Below, one piece after another: positions 29,201 to 39,285 of a stretch of DNA of 64,000 nt. The stretch spans positions 674-64,673 of the forward strand of contig JARLHU010000196.1 of the NCBI GenBank assembly GCA_031292095.1, given 5' to 3'. Source of the DNA: Desulfosporosinus sp. (lineage in GTDB: Bacteria > Bacillota > Desulfitobacteriia > Desulfitobacteriales > Desulfitobacteriaceae). The translations under genes were made by a program, and so were the position numbers. Every line of letters begins with the position of its first letter. Position 1 is the stretch's first letter. Below the pieces are notes generated by a model that had not been told where the DNA came from, made no database searches, and worked only from the letters and a program-made list of their open reading frames with translations.

Positions 29201-30205
29201 CTAATAGTGAAGGTCTTTTTCTGTAACGCGCTTGCGGAAGACCCAATAGGTCCAGCCCTGATACAAAAGCACTATTGGGACCATAGTCAGGGCAATAATC
29301 GTCATAATCTTCAGCGTGTACGGGCTGGAAGAGGCGTTCCAGATGGTTAGACTCCACTCTGGATTCAGACTGGAAACCATGACACGTGGGAAAAGTCCCC
29401 AAAATAAAGCGACTGTGAACAAGAGAATGGTTACACCATTGGCAATAAAAGCCCAGCCCCCCTTGCGGGAACATATTAAGACATAGGCAACGACTAGGGC
29501 TACTCCGGCTGCCAGCAAAGTAATGCCAGCCCCCAGATTAGCAAACAAATCGGTTTGGAAATAGGTTAATCCCGCAAACAAGAGAACTACTACGATGGCC
29601 ACCAAGCCAATCTTCTTGGCAGTCTTCGACGCCCGCTCAGCGATCACCCCAGTAGTCTTTAAGTTAAGATATAAGGCTCCGTGCAGCATGAAAACCAGCA
29701 GCGTGGTGAGACCTCCAACGATGGCGTAGGGATTGAGTAGGGTAAAGAAGGTCCCAACGTATTGCATTTTGGCATCAATCGGTACTCCCTTAACTATATT
29801 CGTCATTGCGACGCCCCAAAGAAGAGCTGACAGGAAACTACCTGTGAAGATCATCCAATCCCATGTAGTTCGCCAGCGGGGAGCACTGTCGCTGCTGCGA
29901 AATTCAAAAGCAACGCCCCGGATAATAATTGCAGACAAGACCAGAAATAACGCAAGATAGAAACCACTAAACAAGGTTGCGTACCAATTTGGAAAAGCGG
30001 CAAACATCGCTCCACCAGCCGTAATTAACCAGACCTCATTCCCATCCCAGACCGGTCCAATGGTATTGATGATTACTCGACGTTCTAAATCGTTTTTTCC
30101 AAGGAAAGGTAGTAGAATCCCTACTCCGAAATCAAATCCTTCTAGAAAAAAGAACCCGACAAACAAAACCGTGATGAGTATGAACCAAAGGATGTTTAAG
30201 TCCAC
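29201..30205 (-). CDS. cydB: Cytochrome bd oxidase subunit II
   Basis: EGFDFGVG, GPVWDGNEVW, RGVAFEFR. Confidence 0.97.
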   Translation of the reverse strand: MDLNILWFILITVLFVGFFFLEGFDFGVGILLPFLGKNDLERRVIINTIGPVWDGNEVWLITAGGAMFAAFPNWYATLFSGFYLALFLVLSAIIIRGVAFEFRSSDSAPRWRTTWDWMIFTGSFLSALLWGVAMTNIVKGVPIDAKMQYVGTFFTLLNPYAIVGGLTTLLVFMLHGALYLNLKTTGVIAERASKTAKKIGLVAIVVVLLFAGLTYFQTDLFANLGAGITLLAAGVALVVAYVLICSRKGGWAFIANGVTILLFTVALFWGLFPRVMVSSLNPEWSLTIWNASSSPYTLKIMTIIALTMVPIVLLYQGWTYWVFRKRVTEKDLHY

Positions 30206-31584
30206 AACGACGCCCCCTTTCTTCCGCTTTTCGGCGTTTTATCTATGCTGACGTCTTCCGGACCCTTCTTAATATACTTGAGCAGGAGGTAAACGTCCGC
30301 TACCGCCAAAGCAGTATAAATCAGAGTGAAGCCAATAAAGGTGATCAGTATTGATAATGCCGAAACTGAGGTAGAGAGACCTGATTCCACTTTTTGTAAG
30401 CCATAAACAATCCAAGGCATTCGTCCAACTTCAGCCATATACCAACCCGCGGAATTGGCAATATAGGGAATGGGAATCGTCCAGAGTAGAACTTTTAAGA
30501 ACCAGGTCTTTTGGTCCAAGCGCTTCGACTTATAATAATAAAGTCCGAGGAGCGGGATCAAGATTAACCACAATCCAGCCACCAGCATAATCCGAAAACT
30601 CCAGAACAACGAAGTTACCTGGGGAATATAGTTGCCCGGTCCATATTTCTGAACCGCCTCAGCTTGAAGTTCATGAATTCCTTTAACTTCCCCCGTAAAA
30701 CTATTGTGGGACAGAAAGCTTAACATGCCCGGGATTTTAAGTTCAGAGGTGTTCTTTTGTCCCTTTTCATCGATGGAAGCATATAACAATAACCCGGCCG
30801 GATTTTCCGTATTCCAAAGAGCCTCAGCGGCAGCCATTTTCATGGGTTGTACTTCGACAAGATGAATTGCTTGGGCATGCCCAACTCCGGCGACTGCAAC
30901 AGCACTGATTAAGCCGAAAATAACTGCAATTTGGAACGAACGGTGAAAAATATCCAGATGGTTCTTCTTCAGGATATGGTACGCGCTAATACCCATGACG
31001 AAGAATGCCGCGGTAACGAAGCCACTGAGAACGGTATGCGGAAACTGATAGAAAACATGAGGATTAGTAATTAAGGCAATAAAATCGGTCATTTCCGCCC
31101 GACCGTTTCGTAAAACATACCCGACCGGTTCTTGCATAAAGGAGTTGGCAATCAAAATCCAAAGTGCGGACACATTAGTGGCAATCGCCACCAGCCAAAT
31201 ACTCAGAGCATGTACCTTTTTGGGCAATTTATCCCATCCAAAAACCCAGACGCCTATGAATGTCGATTCCAAAAAGAAGGCTACTAAGGCCTCAATAGCC
31301 AAAGGTGCCCCAAAAATATCCCCGACAAATCTTGAATACTCGGACCAGTTCATTCCGAATGAAAATTCTTGAACTAATCCGGTCACGACACCCATGGCAA
31401 AGTTAATTAAAAATAATTTCCCCCAAAACTTAGTCATTTTTTTGTACGTTTCATTTCCAGTCCGCACATACCAAGTCTCCATCATCGCAACTAAGACTGA
31501 TAGCCCCAGTGTTAAGGGTACGAACAAGAAATGATATGAAGTGATCACAGCGAATTGTAATCTGGCTAAGATAAGTTCAGTCAT
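30196..31584 (-). CDS. cydA: Cytochrome bd oxidase subunit I
   Basis: HFLFVPLT, AFFLESTF, QPMKMAAAE, EVGRMPW. Confidence 0.97.
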   Translation of the reverse strand: MTELILARLQFAVITSYHFLFVPLTLGLSVLVAMMETWYVRTGNETYKKMTKFWGKLFLINFAMGVVTGLVQEFSFGMNWSEYSRFVGDIFGAPLAIEALVAFFLESTFIGVWVFGWDKLPKKVHALSIWLVAIATNVSALWILIANSFMQEPVGYVLRNGRAEMTDFIALITNPHVFYQFPHTVLSGFVTAAFFVMGISAYHILKKNHLDIFHRSFQIAVIFGLISAVAVAGVGHAQAIHLVEVQPMKMAAAEALWNTENPAGLLLYASIDEKGQKNTSELKIPGMLSFLSHNSFTGEVKGIHELQAEAVQKYGPGNYIPQVTSLFWSFRIMLVAGLWLILIPLLGLYYYKSKRLDQKTWFLKVLLWTIPIPYIANSAGWYMAEVGRMPWIVYGLQKVESGLSTSVSALSILITFIGFTLIYTALAVADVYLLLKYIKKGPEDVSIDKTPKSGRKGASLWT

Positions 31585-32049
31585 CGTTCCACCTCCCATA
31601 TTATAGTACCGTCAAAAGTATACGTATCGGGTGTATCCCTTCTAGTTGTTCCACCTCCACTTTTTATATTAATATTAGAATGTCTAAAATATGTGTTAGA
31701 TGATAATTATTATTATACTAATTACTGATAACACCGTCAATCAAAATATTTTAATCTTTGAAACCTTTGTAATTTGAATAGTAAGTTGTTGCAAATAATT
31801 GTTCTTTGTTCTTTGTTCTATTAAAAATCCGCATGAACACTTTATTTTGGTTTGATTAGATGCTGATCCAACTCAACCCAAAATAAAGTGTTATCATGCG
31901 GAAAATTGTTTGGGGAACTTTAATGATCCCCTTAATATTAAATAAAATGCCAAGGTTTCGGATCAAGCTGGAGGGCTTAACCTCTTCAACATCTGAAAAT
32001 TGATGATATTGTAGGAACAACAGCTCCAATATATAATGGGATTTATATT

Positions 32050-32472
32050 TTATTTTACGACAAGTACAGAACATTTAGCTTTGTGGAGGACGTGCTGACT
32101 GACACTGCCTAACAAGGAACCAGCCACCGCCCCGTATCCATGACTCCCCATGACAACCAAGTCGATCTTCTCATCTTCAATTTCTTTTAAGATAACGGTC
32201 GCTGGTTTTCCCTGGATTTTTTTCCGAATCAAAGTGACATCACTTATATCGACTCCATCAAGCGTGTGTTTTAGGGCAATATCCCCTTCGTATTGAATTT
32301 GTTCTGGAGAAATCACATAACTATAAACACTAGAATCATAGGCCAGTGGTATCTGCATAGCGAACAGAAGCTCAACTTCCGAGTTAAATTTACGAGCAAT
32401 CTCCAATGCAGTTTTCAATGCTCGTCGTGAATACTCTGAAGCATCAGTTGCCACCAATATTTTTTTTAACAT
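32050..32472 (-). CDS. Universal stress protein (canonical)
   Basis: ILVATDAS, MGSHGYGAVAGSLLGSVS. Confidence 0.92.
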   Translation of the reverse strand: MLKKILVATDASEYSRRALKTALEIARKFNSEVELLFAMQIPLAYDSSVYSYVISPEQIQYEGDIALKHTLDGVDISDVTLIRKKIQGKPATVILKEIEDEKIDLVVMGSHGYGAVAGSLLGSVSQHVLHKAKCSVLVVK

Positions 32473-32590
32473 AAAACCCCTCCTCATAATCAATATTAAT
32501 ATCTATTCCACTCAAGAATGTTAATATCCTTCTTTTTTGATGATGCCATAATAATTTTTTCTAGTGATTTTCCACTTCGCTATTTCACTT

Positions 32591-32902
32591 TCATTTCCCC
32601 TGAACACTTAAGGCATAGTTGATATATTTCCTATGCTCAAATATATCTTGAACAGTCAAAGGCACTAGTGCTTTAACCTCCCTACCAACATCTTCCGTAT
32701 AACAATATTTTGTAAGTTTATCCTGCTTATCTATCGTAATAGTTACGGGCATATTGTCAACCACCAAAGAACCATCTTCACCAGGCAGATGACATTCATA
32801 CATCCAGCTCTGAACTTGGTACAAGGTCGTCGATTCCACCCCTATTTCCCTGAAGTGATCAATAAAGTATTGGGCATCTTCTAACGTCTCAATTTTTTTC
32901 AT
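32591..32902 (-). CDS. Hypothetical protein
   Basis: ORF with RBS AAGGAG before ATG 32902. Confidence 0.65.
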   Translation of the reverse strand: MKKIETLEDAQYFIDHFREIGVESTTLYQVQSWMYECHLPGEDGSLVVDNMPVTITIDKQDKLTKYCYTEDVGREVKALVPLTVQDIFEHRKYINYALSVQGK

Positions 32903-33083
32903 TTCTACTGTTCTCCTTTGCTCATAAGGGAACGCCGTCCCCATTAGTATGTCCGTTTTTAACCATTGTAAACCGCCGCCATTTTTATGCCATCTAGTTC
33001 ACACTCGATGGCAATCATTAAAGTAATTCGTCGAAAATTATCGAATTCCTGCTTTGTTTCGCGATATACGATATTATTATCGT

Positions 33084-35024
33084 TCACTTATACCCTTGTT
33101 CTTTAAAGTAGTTTTTCCGAATAATGAGATCAGCCAGATCAATTCCCTGAAGCTTCTCCTGTAGTTCTTCATTATTTGCTGCTTTCCCGATGTATTGCTT
33201 GTTGGCCAAAACCACAAAATCTTGGTTGGTATTTAACAAGTTTCGACCGAACACAGTATTTTTATAACTTTCCTCATTAATACCCATCAGGTAGGCCACT
33301 GTGGGCATTGTATCAATTTGTCCGCCCGTTATCTCAATCTCTCGGGCCTTCATACCTTTGTGATAGATAATAAGGGGTATACGTTTACTGTCATCCAGCC
33401 ACCAGTTTTCCTGAGGCTGTACTTCTTTTACTTCATCATTATAATACTTATGCACTCCGGTATGATCCCCGTAGATAACAACCACCGAATTATTCAAAAC
33501 CCCGCTCTTGTCAAGGGTACCAATAAAGTTACCGATTTGTTCATCCGTATAATTAACACTTTGAAAATACCCCCCCAATTTCGTCTTATTTAAATCTTCG
33601 CTCAGAGCTAACTTCCGGTATTGATCGGGTAGGTCAAAGGGGCTGTGGCTTGTTAAGGTGACTATAAAATTATAGAAGGGCTGCTTTTCACTCGCCAAGA
33701 TGGGCGCTACTTGCTTAAAATAACTGGCATCGCTGATCCCCAAGCCAATTTTTTCTTCCGTGTTGAAATGAGTCTCGTCCATCGTCTTTTCAAAGCCTAT
33801 GGAAGTCAACGCCGGCACCCAATTCCAATAAGAACCTTTATCCGGATGAATGGCTAAGGTGCTATACCCCACTCCCTGCAGAAGTTTAGGGAGTGAATTA
33901 TAGGTATTATTAGGGAAACGGAAAAAGGTAGCACCTGTTCGGATCGGATAGACCGAAGTATTGGTCATCAAGTCAGCATCCACACTAGTGCCGTTATAAA
34001 CTTGTTCATAAAAATTCGAAAAGTAAAGGCTGTTGTCCAGCAGTTTATTGAGGTTAGGGGTAATTTCCTGACCGTTGACCTTCTGGTTAATAACGAAATT
34101 CTCTAGTGACTCCACTTGGATGATAATCAGATTTTGTCCCTTAAAAAGACCACTATATTGATTCGTTGGCAGATTTTCCAGCTTTTGTGCAAACCAATTT
34201 TTAATTGTTTGATTTTCTTCCAATGTCGGTTTTTCGATTTGATTATTTTCGTGATAGTTATAAAGGTCGAAGGCGTGGTATCCCAACGGTGAGAGGTCTG
34301 ACATCGTCTGATTTGGTGACCAAGAGACTCTAAATAGCATATCTTGGCCTTTCCCTTTAAGATCCAATTGAACGTGTTGATAGTAAACATATGAAATGGA
34401 AAGCACCAAAAGAATTAATGAGGTATAAACGTTCCTTTTAGCCTTAACATGGAAATTCTCAAACTTTAGGCCGATGCCCACTAAAACTAACAAATCCAAA
34501 CAGAAAAGGAGATCGATAGGCCGTAGCATCGACACGATACTACTGGAAAGATTATCAAGGTTCGTTGTTTGACTCAGTAAATAGGGGGAAAGAAAACTGC
34601 TGAAACCACGATAATACATCAAGTCTGCAACGAATAGTACGGATAACAATGAGTTACAAATAACGAGAAACCAAAAACGAGTTCGACCATGAAATAAAAA
34701 AGCAAAACTTAGCAGGATAACAATCAAGGAAACATAAACGACCAGCGGCGGCGGAGATGAAAAACTCCAAAGAGCTTTATAAATATTAAAGCTGGTGGCG
34801 TTATCATTATTTATAAGTCCTAGTACAAGTATGGACTTAATCAGCAGGGACATAGTTGTAAAGAAAAACATCAAGGCGTTTCCTTCAATCCAAAGTCGTC
34901 CTGCTAGGCAAATGCTTCGCAAACCTTCCTTTTGCTGCCCGCTGGTTTGAGCAGAATTCAGCTTTGAGTTGTCGTAAGCTAAATCATCATTTATTCGAGA
35001 CAAAGCAACACCATTCCTTTGCAA
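33084..35024 (-). CDS. ltaS: LTA synthase family protein
   Basis: N-terminal TMs, IIQVESL, TLTSH, YGDH sulfatase-like motifs. Confidence 0.85.
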   Translation of the reverse strand: MQRNGVALSRINDDLAYDNSKLNSAQTSGQQKEGLRSICLAGRLWIEGNALMFFFTTMSLLIKSILVLGLINNDNATSFNIYKALWSFSSPPPLVVYVSLIVILLSFAFLFHGRTRFWFLVICNSLLSVLFVADLMYYRGFSSFLSPYLLSQTTNLDNLSSSIVSMLRPIDLLFCLDLLVLVGIGLKFENFHVKAKRNVYTSLILLVLSISYVYYQHVQLDLKGKGQDMLFRVSWSPNQTMSDLSPLGYHAFDLYNYHENNQIEKPTLEENQTIKNWFAQKLENLPTNQYSGLFKGQNLIIIQVESLENFVINQKVNGQEITPNLNKLLDNSLYFSNFYEQVYNGTSVDADLMTNTSVYPIRTGATFFRFPNNTYNSLPKLLQGVGYSTLAIHPDKGSYWNWVPALTSIGFEKTMDETHFNTEEKIGLGISDASYFKQVAPILASEKQPFYNFIVTLTSHSPFDLPDQYRKLALSEDLNKTKLGGYFQSVNYTDEQIGNFIGTLDKSGVLNNSVVVIYGDHTGVHKYYNDEVKEVQPQENWWLDDSKRIPLIIYHKGMKAREIEITGGQIDTMPTVAYLMGINEESYKNTVFGRNLLNTNQDFVVLANKQYIGKAANNEELQEKLQGIDLADLIIRKNYFKEQGYK

Positions 35025-35212
35025 GGTAAACTCAATATTAATTCTACATTAATTTTTTGTTAACTCTATAATTATGTTCGACAAATACACCTGTTTTTCC
35101 TTTTACTAAAATTTCATGAGTATATAGTAATACTATCTGGAATAAAGAAAAACCCCCTACAGTTTTGTAGGAGGTTCAGTACACGTAGGTCTGATTAGTT
35201 CCAGCCGGAGAG

Positions 35213-35485
35213 TTACCCTTCCAAATGGTTCTCTATGGTCTCAAACGCTGATCTAAAATTGTCATTCTTTATTATTTGATTAATCATCATTTGTTTTTCA
35301 TCCTTTGTGTATTCGTAGAAAATTGGATTCAGATCCCATTCGTTTTCTGTAGGATAGTAACGTAAATTTGCCCTAACTGTTTTTTCTGTTTCTTCGTCTT
35401 TGAAGACTAAAGTTAATGCATAATTATTAAAGTTATATTCTGGATCAAAACCTGACCCGTTAACCGTAATATCGAAAATCTCCAT
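35213..35485 (-). CDS. Hypothetical acidic protein
   Basis: 90 aa, RBS GGGAGG, downstream terminator near 35150-35177. Confidence 0.7.
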   Translation of the reverse strand: MEIFDITVNGSGFDPEYNFNNYALTLVFKDEETEKTVRANLRYYPTENEWDLNPIFYEYTKDEKQMMINQIIKNDNFRSAFETIENHLEG

Positions 35486-35565
35486 TTATGATTCCTCCCA
35501 CTACTTTTAGCCACTTTTTTTATTATGTTGATTCGGTAACTTCTTTATTCAATTTTAATCTTCCT

Positions 35566-36735
35566 TCAACTTTTCGTCGAGCCCGTCGGGCCAACTAAAT
35601 ATCTCCCGAGCGGGACCTTACTGAATATAAAACACGTTAAGGTGGATACTACAGAAACTATCAAGAAGACTACCAAAGTTACCAAGACATAGTGCTGATT
35701 AAGGTTCGGGTAATGTATTTGTAATGCCTCAATTAATTTAATTACCTTACCTAACAGAAGGGCATGAACGAGGTAAGCCCCATAGGAGTACTTCCCTATC
35801 CAGGCGGTCAATCTATTGAGAAGATTATTCGTTTGCGTGATTTTCAAAGCGATCCTATAGAAAGCGATAAGTTCAGAAAATACCAAAATAAACATAGATG
35901 GTTTGAGAGTTGTAGACCAATTTAAATTTATTGGCAAACTATAACCAGTCCCTATAAAAAGTTCATACCCTGCCCAGCCATAGGCAACGCAAAACAAGAT
36001 AATGTTCCAACGTAAGGAGCCAGTAATAAGCTTCCGCCATCGTTGAAGATCGAGCGCGATAACTGCTCCGAAGATAAAGTAAAAAGAGTAAAAGAGAAAA
36101 TTCGTATTTCTATTGGTGATGAGGTATTGAAGGAAAGCAGGATAGCTGGAAGCGTGATACGGTAAGTACTTGTAAGATATCCACATTAAAAGCATATACG
36201 CCAGAGCAGTCAAGGCCAAGAGGGTATCCAACATTCGTGGTTTAAACGGATCTCTACGTTCTTTCGCCCATGTTAACCCTTTAAGAAACAGCGGAAACAA
36301 AAGGTAAAACTGAAAGATCATCAGAATAAACCAAAAATGATAGCCTATAGTCGGGCTGAGAATCTGCAACCCAACTTCTTTAAACCACTGGTATTGAATA
36401 CTCTCCCCCGGAAACATGTACACATAATAAATTACTGACCAAAGGAAATAAGGTACCAAAATGTCTCTGCTTCGTTTTCGAATAAACGCAGGGTAGTTAA
36501 GTTTACCGTAGTAAGTAAATACCAGTGCTGCTCCCGTCAAAAGAACAAAAGCAGGCACCCCGAACTTAATCAAGTGATAGATGGCGGCTAATGTATAGGC
36601 ATCCAACAAGCTTGTGTCTTTCCTATACGCAAACTGCCCGATTGAATGCTGCAAAACGATCGCCAAAAAAGCGATCCCTCTTAGTACATCCCATTCCACA
36701 ACTCTTTCTTTTGGCAAACAGATCGATCCTTTCAA
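35566..36735 (-). CDS. Acyltransferase family 3 membrane O-acyltransferase
   Basis: DVLRGIAFLAIVLQH, YHFWFI, SYGAYLVH. Confidence 0.88.
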   Translation of the reverse strand: MKGSICLPKERVVEWDVLRGIAFLAIVLQHSIGQFAYRKDTSLLDAYTLAAIYHLIKFGVPAFVLLTGAALVFTYYGKLNYPAFIRKRSRDILVPYFLWSVIYYVYMFPGESIQYQWFKEVGLQILSPTIGYHFWFILMIFQFYLLFPLFLKGLTWAKERRDPFKPRMLDTLLALTALAYMLLMWISYKYLPYHASSYPAFLQYLITNRNTNFLFYSFYFIFGAVIALDLQRWRKLITGSLRWNIILFCVAYGWAGYELFIGTGYSLPINLNWSTTLKPSMFILVFSELIAFYRIALKITQTNNLLNRLTAWIGKYSYGAYLVHALLLGKVIKLIEALQIHYPNLNQHYVLVTLVVFLIVSVVSTLTCFIFSKVPLGRYLVGPTGSTKS

Positions 36736-36742
36736 GTGACAA

Positions 36743-39163
36743 CTATATAATCCTAACCGCGTAATCGTCCAGAAAAACCGGAACTTTTTGTGATCCCAGT
36801 TTTGTCCTAGACTCTGCTTTAACGTTCTTCATCTCAACCTGGGTTACTGTTCCGCTAACTTGTATGATGTTTAACACATCTTCATCTTTAACTTGAATAA
36901 TGCCTATAACAAACCCGGTTCCTACAGGGTCTACCTTACCAATAGCAATTCCTTTTCCTGCTCGACCTTGAGGTTTATATTCCTCAATTGAAGTGCGTTT
37001 TACGAACCCTCGTTCAGTCACTGTCACTAAATCGCCCAGAGAATTTTGTCCTGAACTACTTAGTAGTAAAGCATCGACAATCCAATCTTGATTGCCTAAA
37101 GCCATCCCTTTGACCCCGCGTGATTTTCGTCCCATCGGGTTGATTTCCGTTTCCGGGTACCTTATAGCTTGTCCTTGATGCGTGACGAGAACTATTTCCC
37201 CGTGGTTATCGCCCAAGCCCACTTTGACCACGGCATCTCCCTCTTTAAGCCCTATGGCTTCGGAAGAGCGCGCATTGACAAAATCACCTGCCGGACTCCG
37301 CATGACCTGCCCATCCTTTGTGACAAATACGAGACATAACGCCTCGGAAGCATCTTTAATGGGAAGGGTAGAGACGACCTTTTCCCCCATAGGCAGTGGG
37401 AATAAATTGGTCAAGAGTCCCCCTTTATCTTTATTTCCAGCTTCAGGTACGGTTTTGGCCTTGATGCTATAAAACATTCCAGAGTGAGTAAAGAAAAATA
37501 GCGTATCCTTGTCAGTACAAGTAATTCTCTCCGCTAGAGTATCTCCATCCTTGAAAACACAGACTAGGGCATTTCCTTTGTTTTTCTTGGTTTGGAGAGG
37601 CATCCTTTTAATAAATCCCTTCGTTGTAAGCATAACCTCAATGAGATTTTCGGGTTCCTCAAAAGAACTCAAATCGAGCTGATCCCTCATGTCCTCAGAC
37701 AGAATGAGCGTACGTCGATCATCTCCATACTTATCGGCAATCTCTTTGAGCTCTTTTTTAATAATATCATAAACCTTGTTCACATCCGCCAAGATGCTCT
37801 CCAACTCAGCAATAAGTTTTAAGGCCTCGGCATGTTCTTTCTTAATACCATCGAGTTCAAAGTTTGTCAAGTTTTGCAGCCTCATATCTAAGATTGCCTG
37901 TGCCTGAATCTCGGATAGTTCAAAACGGGTAATTAGTGCCGCTTTAGCTATCGCAGGTGTCTTACTAGCCCGAATCAGAGCAATCACTTCATCAAGGTTA
38001 TTAATGGCGATAACTAATCCTTCAAGTATGTGGGCATGTAAACGGGCTTTCTCTAAATCAAATTCCGTGCGCTTTGTGACAACAATCTTGCGATGTTTAA
38101 TAAATGCTGCGTTGATCTCCTTAAGCCCAAGGATCTTAGGCGTGCCTTCAGCTGTGATAACTAAATTGATAATGCCGAAGGTGTCTTCCAACTGAGTATG
38201 TTTATAAAGAAGGCGCAAGACGCTCAATGGATCAGTTTCTTTTCGACATTCTACGACAAGCCGAATCCCCTCCCGATCGGATTCATCCCTGACTTCGCTA
38301 ATTCCTTCGATTTTACCCATTACTGCCAGCGTTTCAACCTTGGCAGCCAGCGTTGATTTATTCACTTGATAAGGAATTTCGGTGATTACGATTAAGCTTT
38401 TGCCATTTTTACTTGGTTCGATCATCGCCTTGCCACGCATTGTTACTTTTCCGCGTCCGTTCTTATAGGCATTAACAATACCCTCTGTCCCGATAATCAG
38501 TCCACCTGTGGGAAAGTCTGGCCCACTCACCTTTTCCATGAGCTCATCGACCGTAACCCGAGGATTATCTATTTGGAGGATCACACTGTTTACGACTTCC
38601 CGTAAATTATGGGGAGGCATATTGGACATCATCCCAACGGCAATTCCTGACCCTCCGTTGACCAAAAGGTTAGGAAAAGGGCTGGGGAGAACAACGGGCT
38701 CTTTCAAGCGTTGATCATAGTTTGCCTTAAAGAGAACCGTTTTTTTCTCGATATCCTGGGTCATCAGTTGGGATAAATGCGTCATTCTCATTTCCGTGTA
38801 ACGCATCGCCGCTGCATTATCTCCATCAATTGAACCAAAATTCCCCTGACCGTCCACCATCGGATATCTAGTTGCCCATGGTTGGGCCATACGAACCGCA
38901 GAATCATAGATCGATGAGTCCCCGTGGGGATGGTATTTTCCCATGCAATCCCCAACTAGCCGAGCTGACTTGCTGTACGGCTTATCCGTATGCATCCCGA
39001 TTTCGTCCATAGAATATAGGATTCTGCGATGAACTGGCTTAAGGCCATCCCTAACATCAGGAACTGCCCGCTGTAAGATAACATGTTTGGAATAGCCTAA
39101 AAACGCTTCAGGTAAGACGTCCTCGAGTGGACGCTGGATGATGTTGTCTTCTACTATGCTCAT
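36743..39163 (-). CDS. parC: Type IIA topoisomerase A subunit, probably topoisomerase IV
   Basis: RDGLKPV, YHPHGDS, AAMRYTE; no canonical GyrA box in the first CTD blade; no dnaA/recF context. Confidence 0.75.
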   Translation of the reverse strand: MSIVEDNIIQRPLEDVLPEAFLGYSKHVILQRAVPDVRDGLKPVHRRILYSMDEIGMHTDKPYSKSARLVGDCMGKYHPHGDSSIYDSAVRMAQPWATRYPMVDGQGNFGSIDGDNAAAMRYTEMRMTHLSQLMTQDIEKKTVLFKANYDQRLKEPVVLPSPFPNLLVNGGSGIAVGMMSNMPPHNLREVVNSVILQIDNPRVTVDELMEKVSGPDFPTGGLIIGTEGIVNAYKNGRGKVTMRGKAMIEPSKNGKSLIVITEIPYQVNKSTLAAKVETLAVMGKIEGISEVRDESDREGIRLVVECRKETDPLSVLRLLYKHTQLEDTFGIINLVITAEGTPKILGLKEINAAFIKHRKIVVTKRTEFDLEKARLHAHILEGLVIAINNLDEVIALIRASKTPAIAKAALITRFELSEIQAQAILDMRLQNLTNFELDGIKKEHAEALKLIAELESILADVNKVYDIIKKELKEIADKYGDDRRTLILSEDMRDQLDLSSFEEPENLIEVMLTTKGFIKRMPLQTKKNKGNALVCVFKDGDTLAERITCTDKDTLFFFTHSGMFYSIKAKTVPEAGNKDKGGLLTNLFPLPMGEKVVSTLPIKDASEALCLVFVTKDGQVMRSPAGDFVNARSSEAIGLKEGDAVVKVGLGDNHGEIVLVTHQGQAIRYPETEINPMGRKSRGVKGMALGNQDWIVDALLLSSSGQNSLGDLVTVTERGFVKRTSIEEYKPQGRAGKGIAIGKVDPVGTGFVIGIIQVKDEDVLNIIQVSGTVTQVEMKNVKAESRTKLGSQKVPVFLDDYAVRII

Positions 39164-39187
39164 GGGTAATATCTCCCCCTATATCAC

Positions 39188-39282
39188 TCGGAGGTCAGAA
39201 GCCAGATATGTCAGAAATAGGATCGAGGGGTATATAGGGGTATTCCGTTTCTGATCTCTGGCCTCTGTTATCCGACCTCTGA
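39188..39282. repeat. Inverted heptamer repeats (STRR-like)
   Basis: TCGGAGG-TCAGAAG-CCAGATA vs TCTGATC-TCTGGCC-TCTGTTA-TCCGACC. Confidence 0.65.
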
Positions 39283-39285
39283 AAA

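Noticed and set aside
31602-31661. 19-codon ORF and duplicated GGAGGTGGAAC upstream of cydA
   Set aside because: No properly spaced start after the RBS-like sequence; not similar to CydS/CydX by eye
31700-31730. Fur/PerR-like box upstream of cydA (GATAATTATTATTATA)
   Set aside because: AT-rich context makes a chance match likely
31856-32074. 72-aa minus-strand ORF
   Set aside because: Overlaps the USP gene end, no RBS, no recognisable motif
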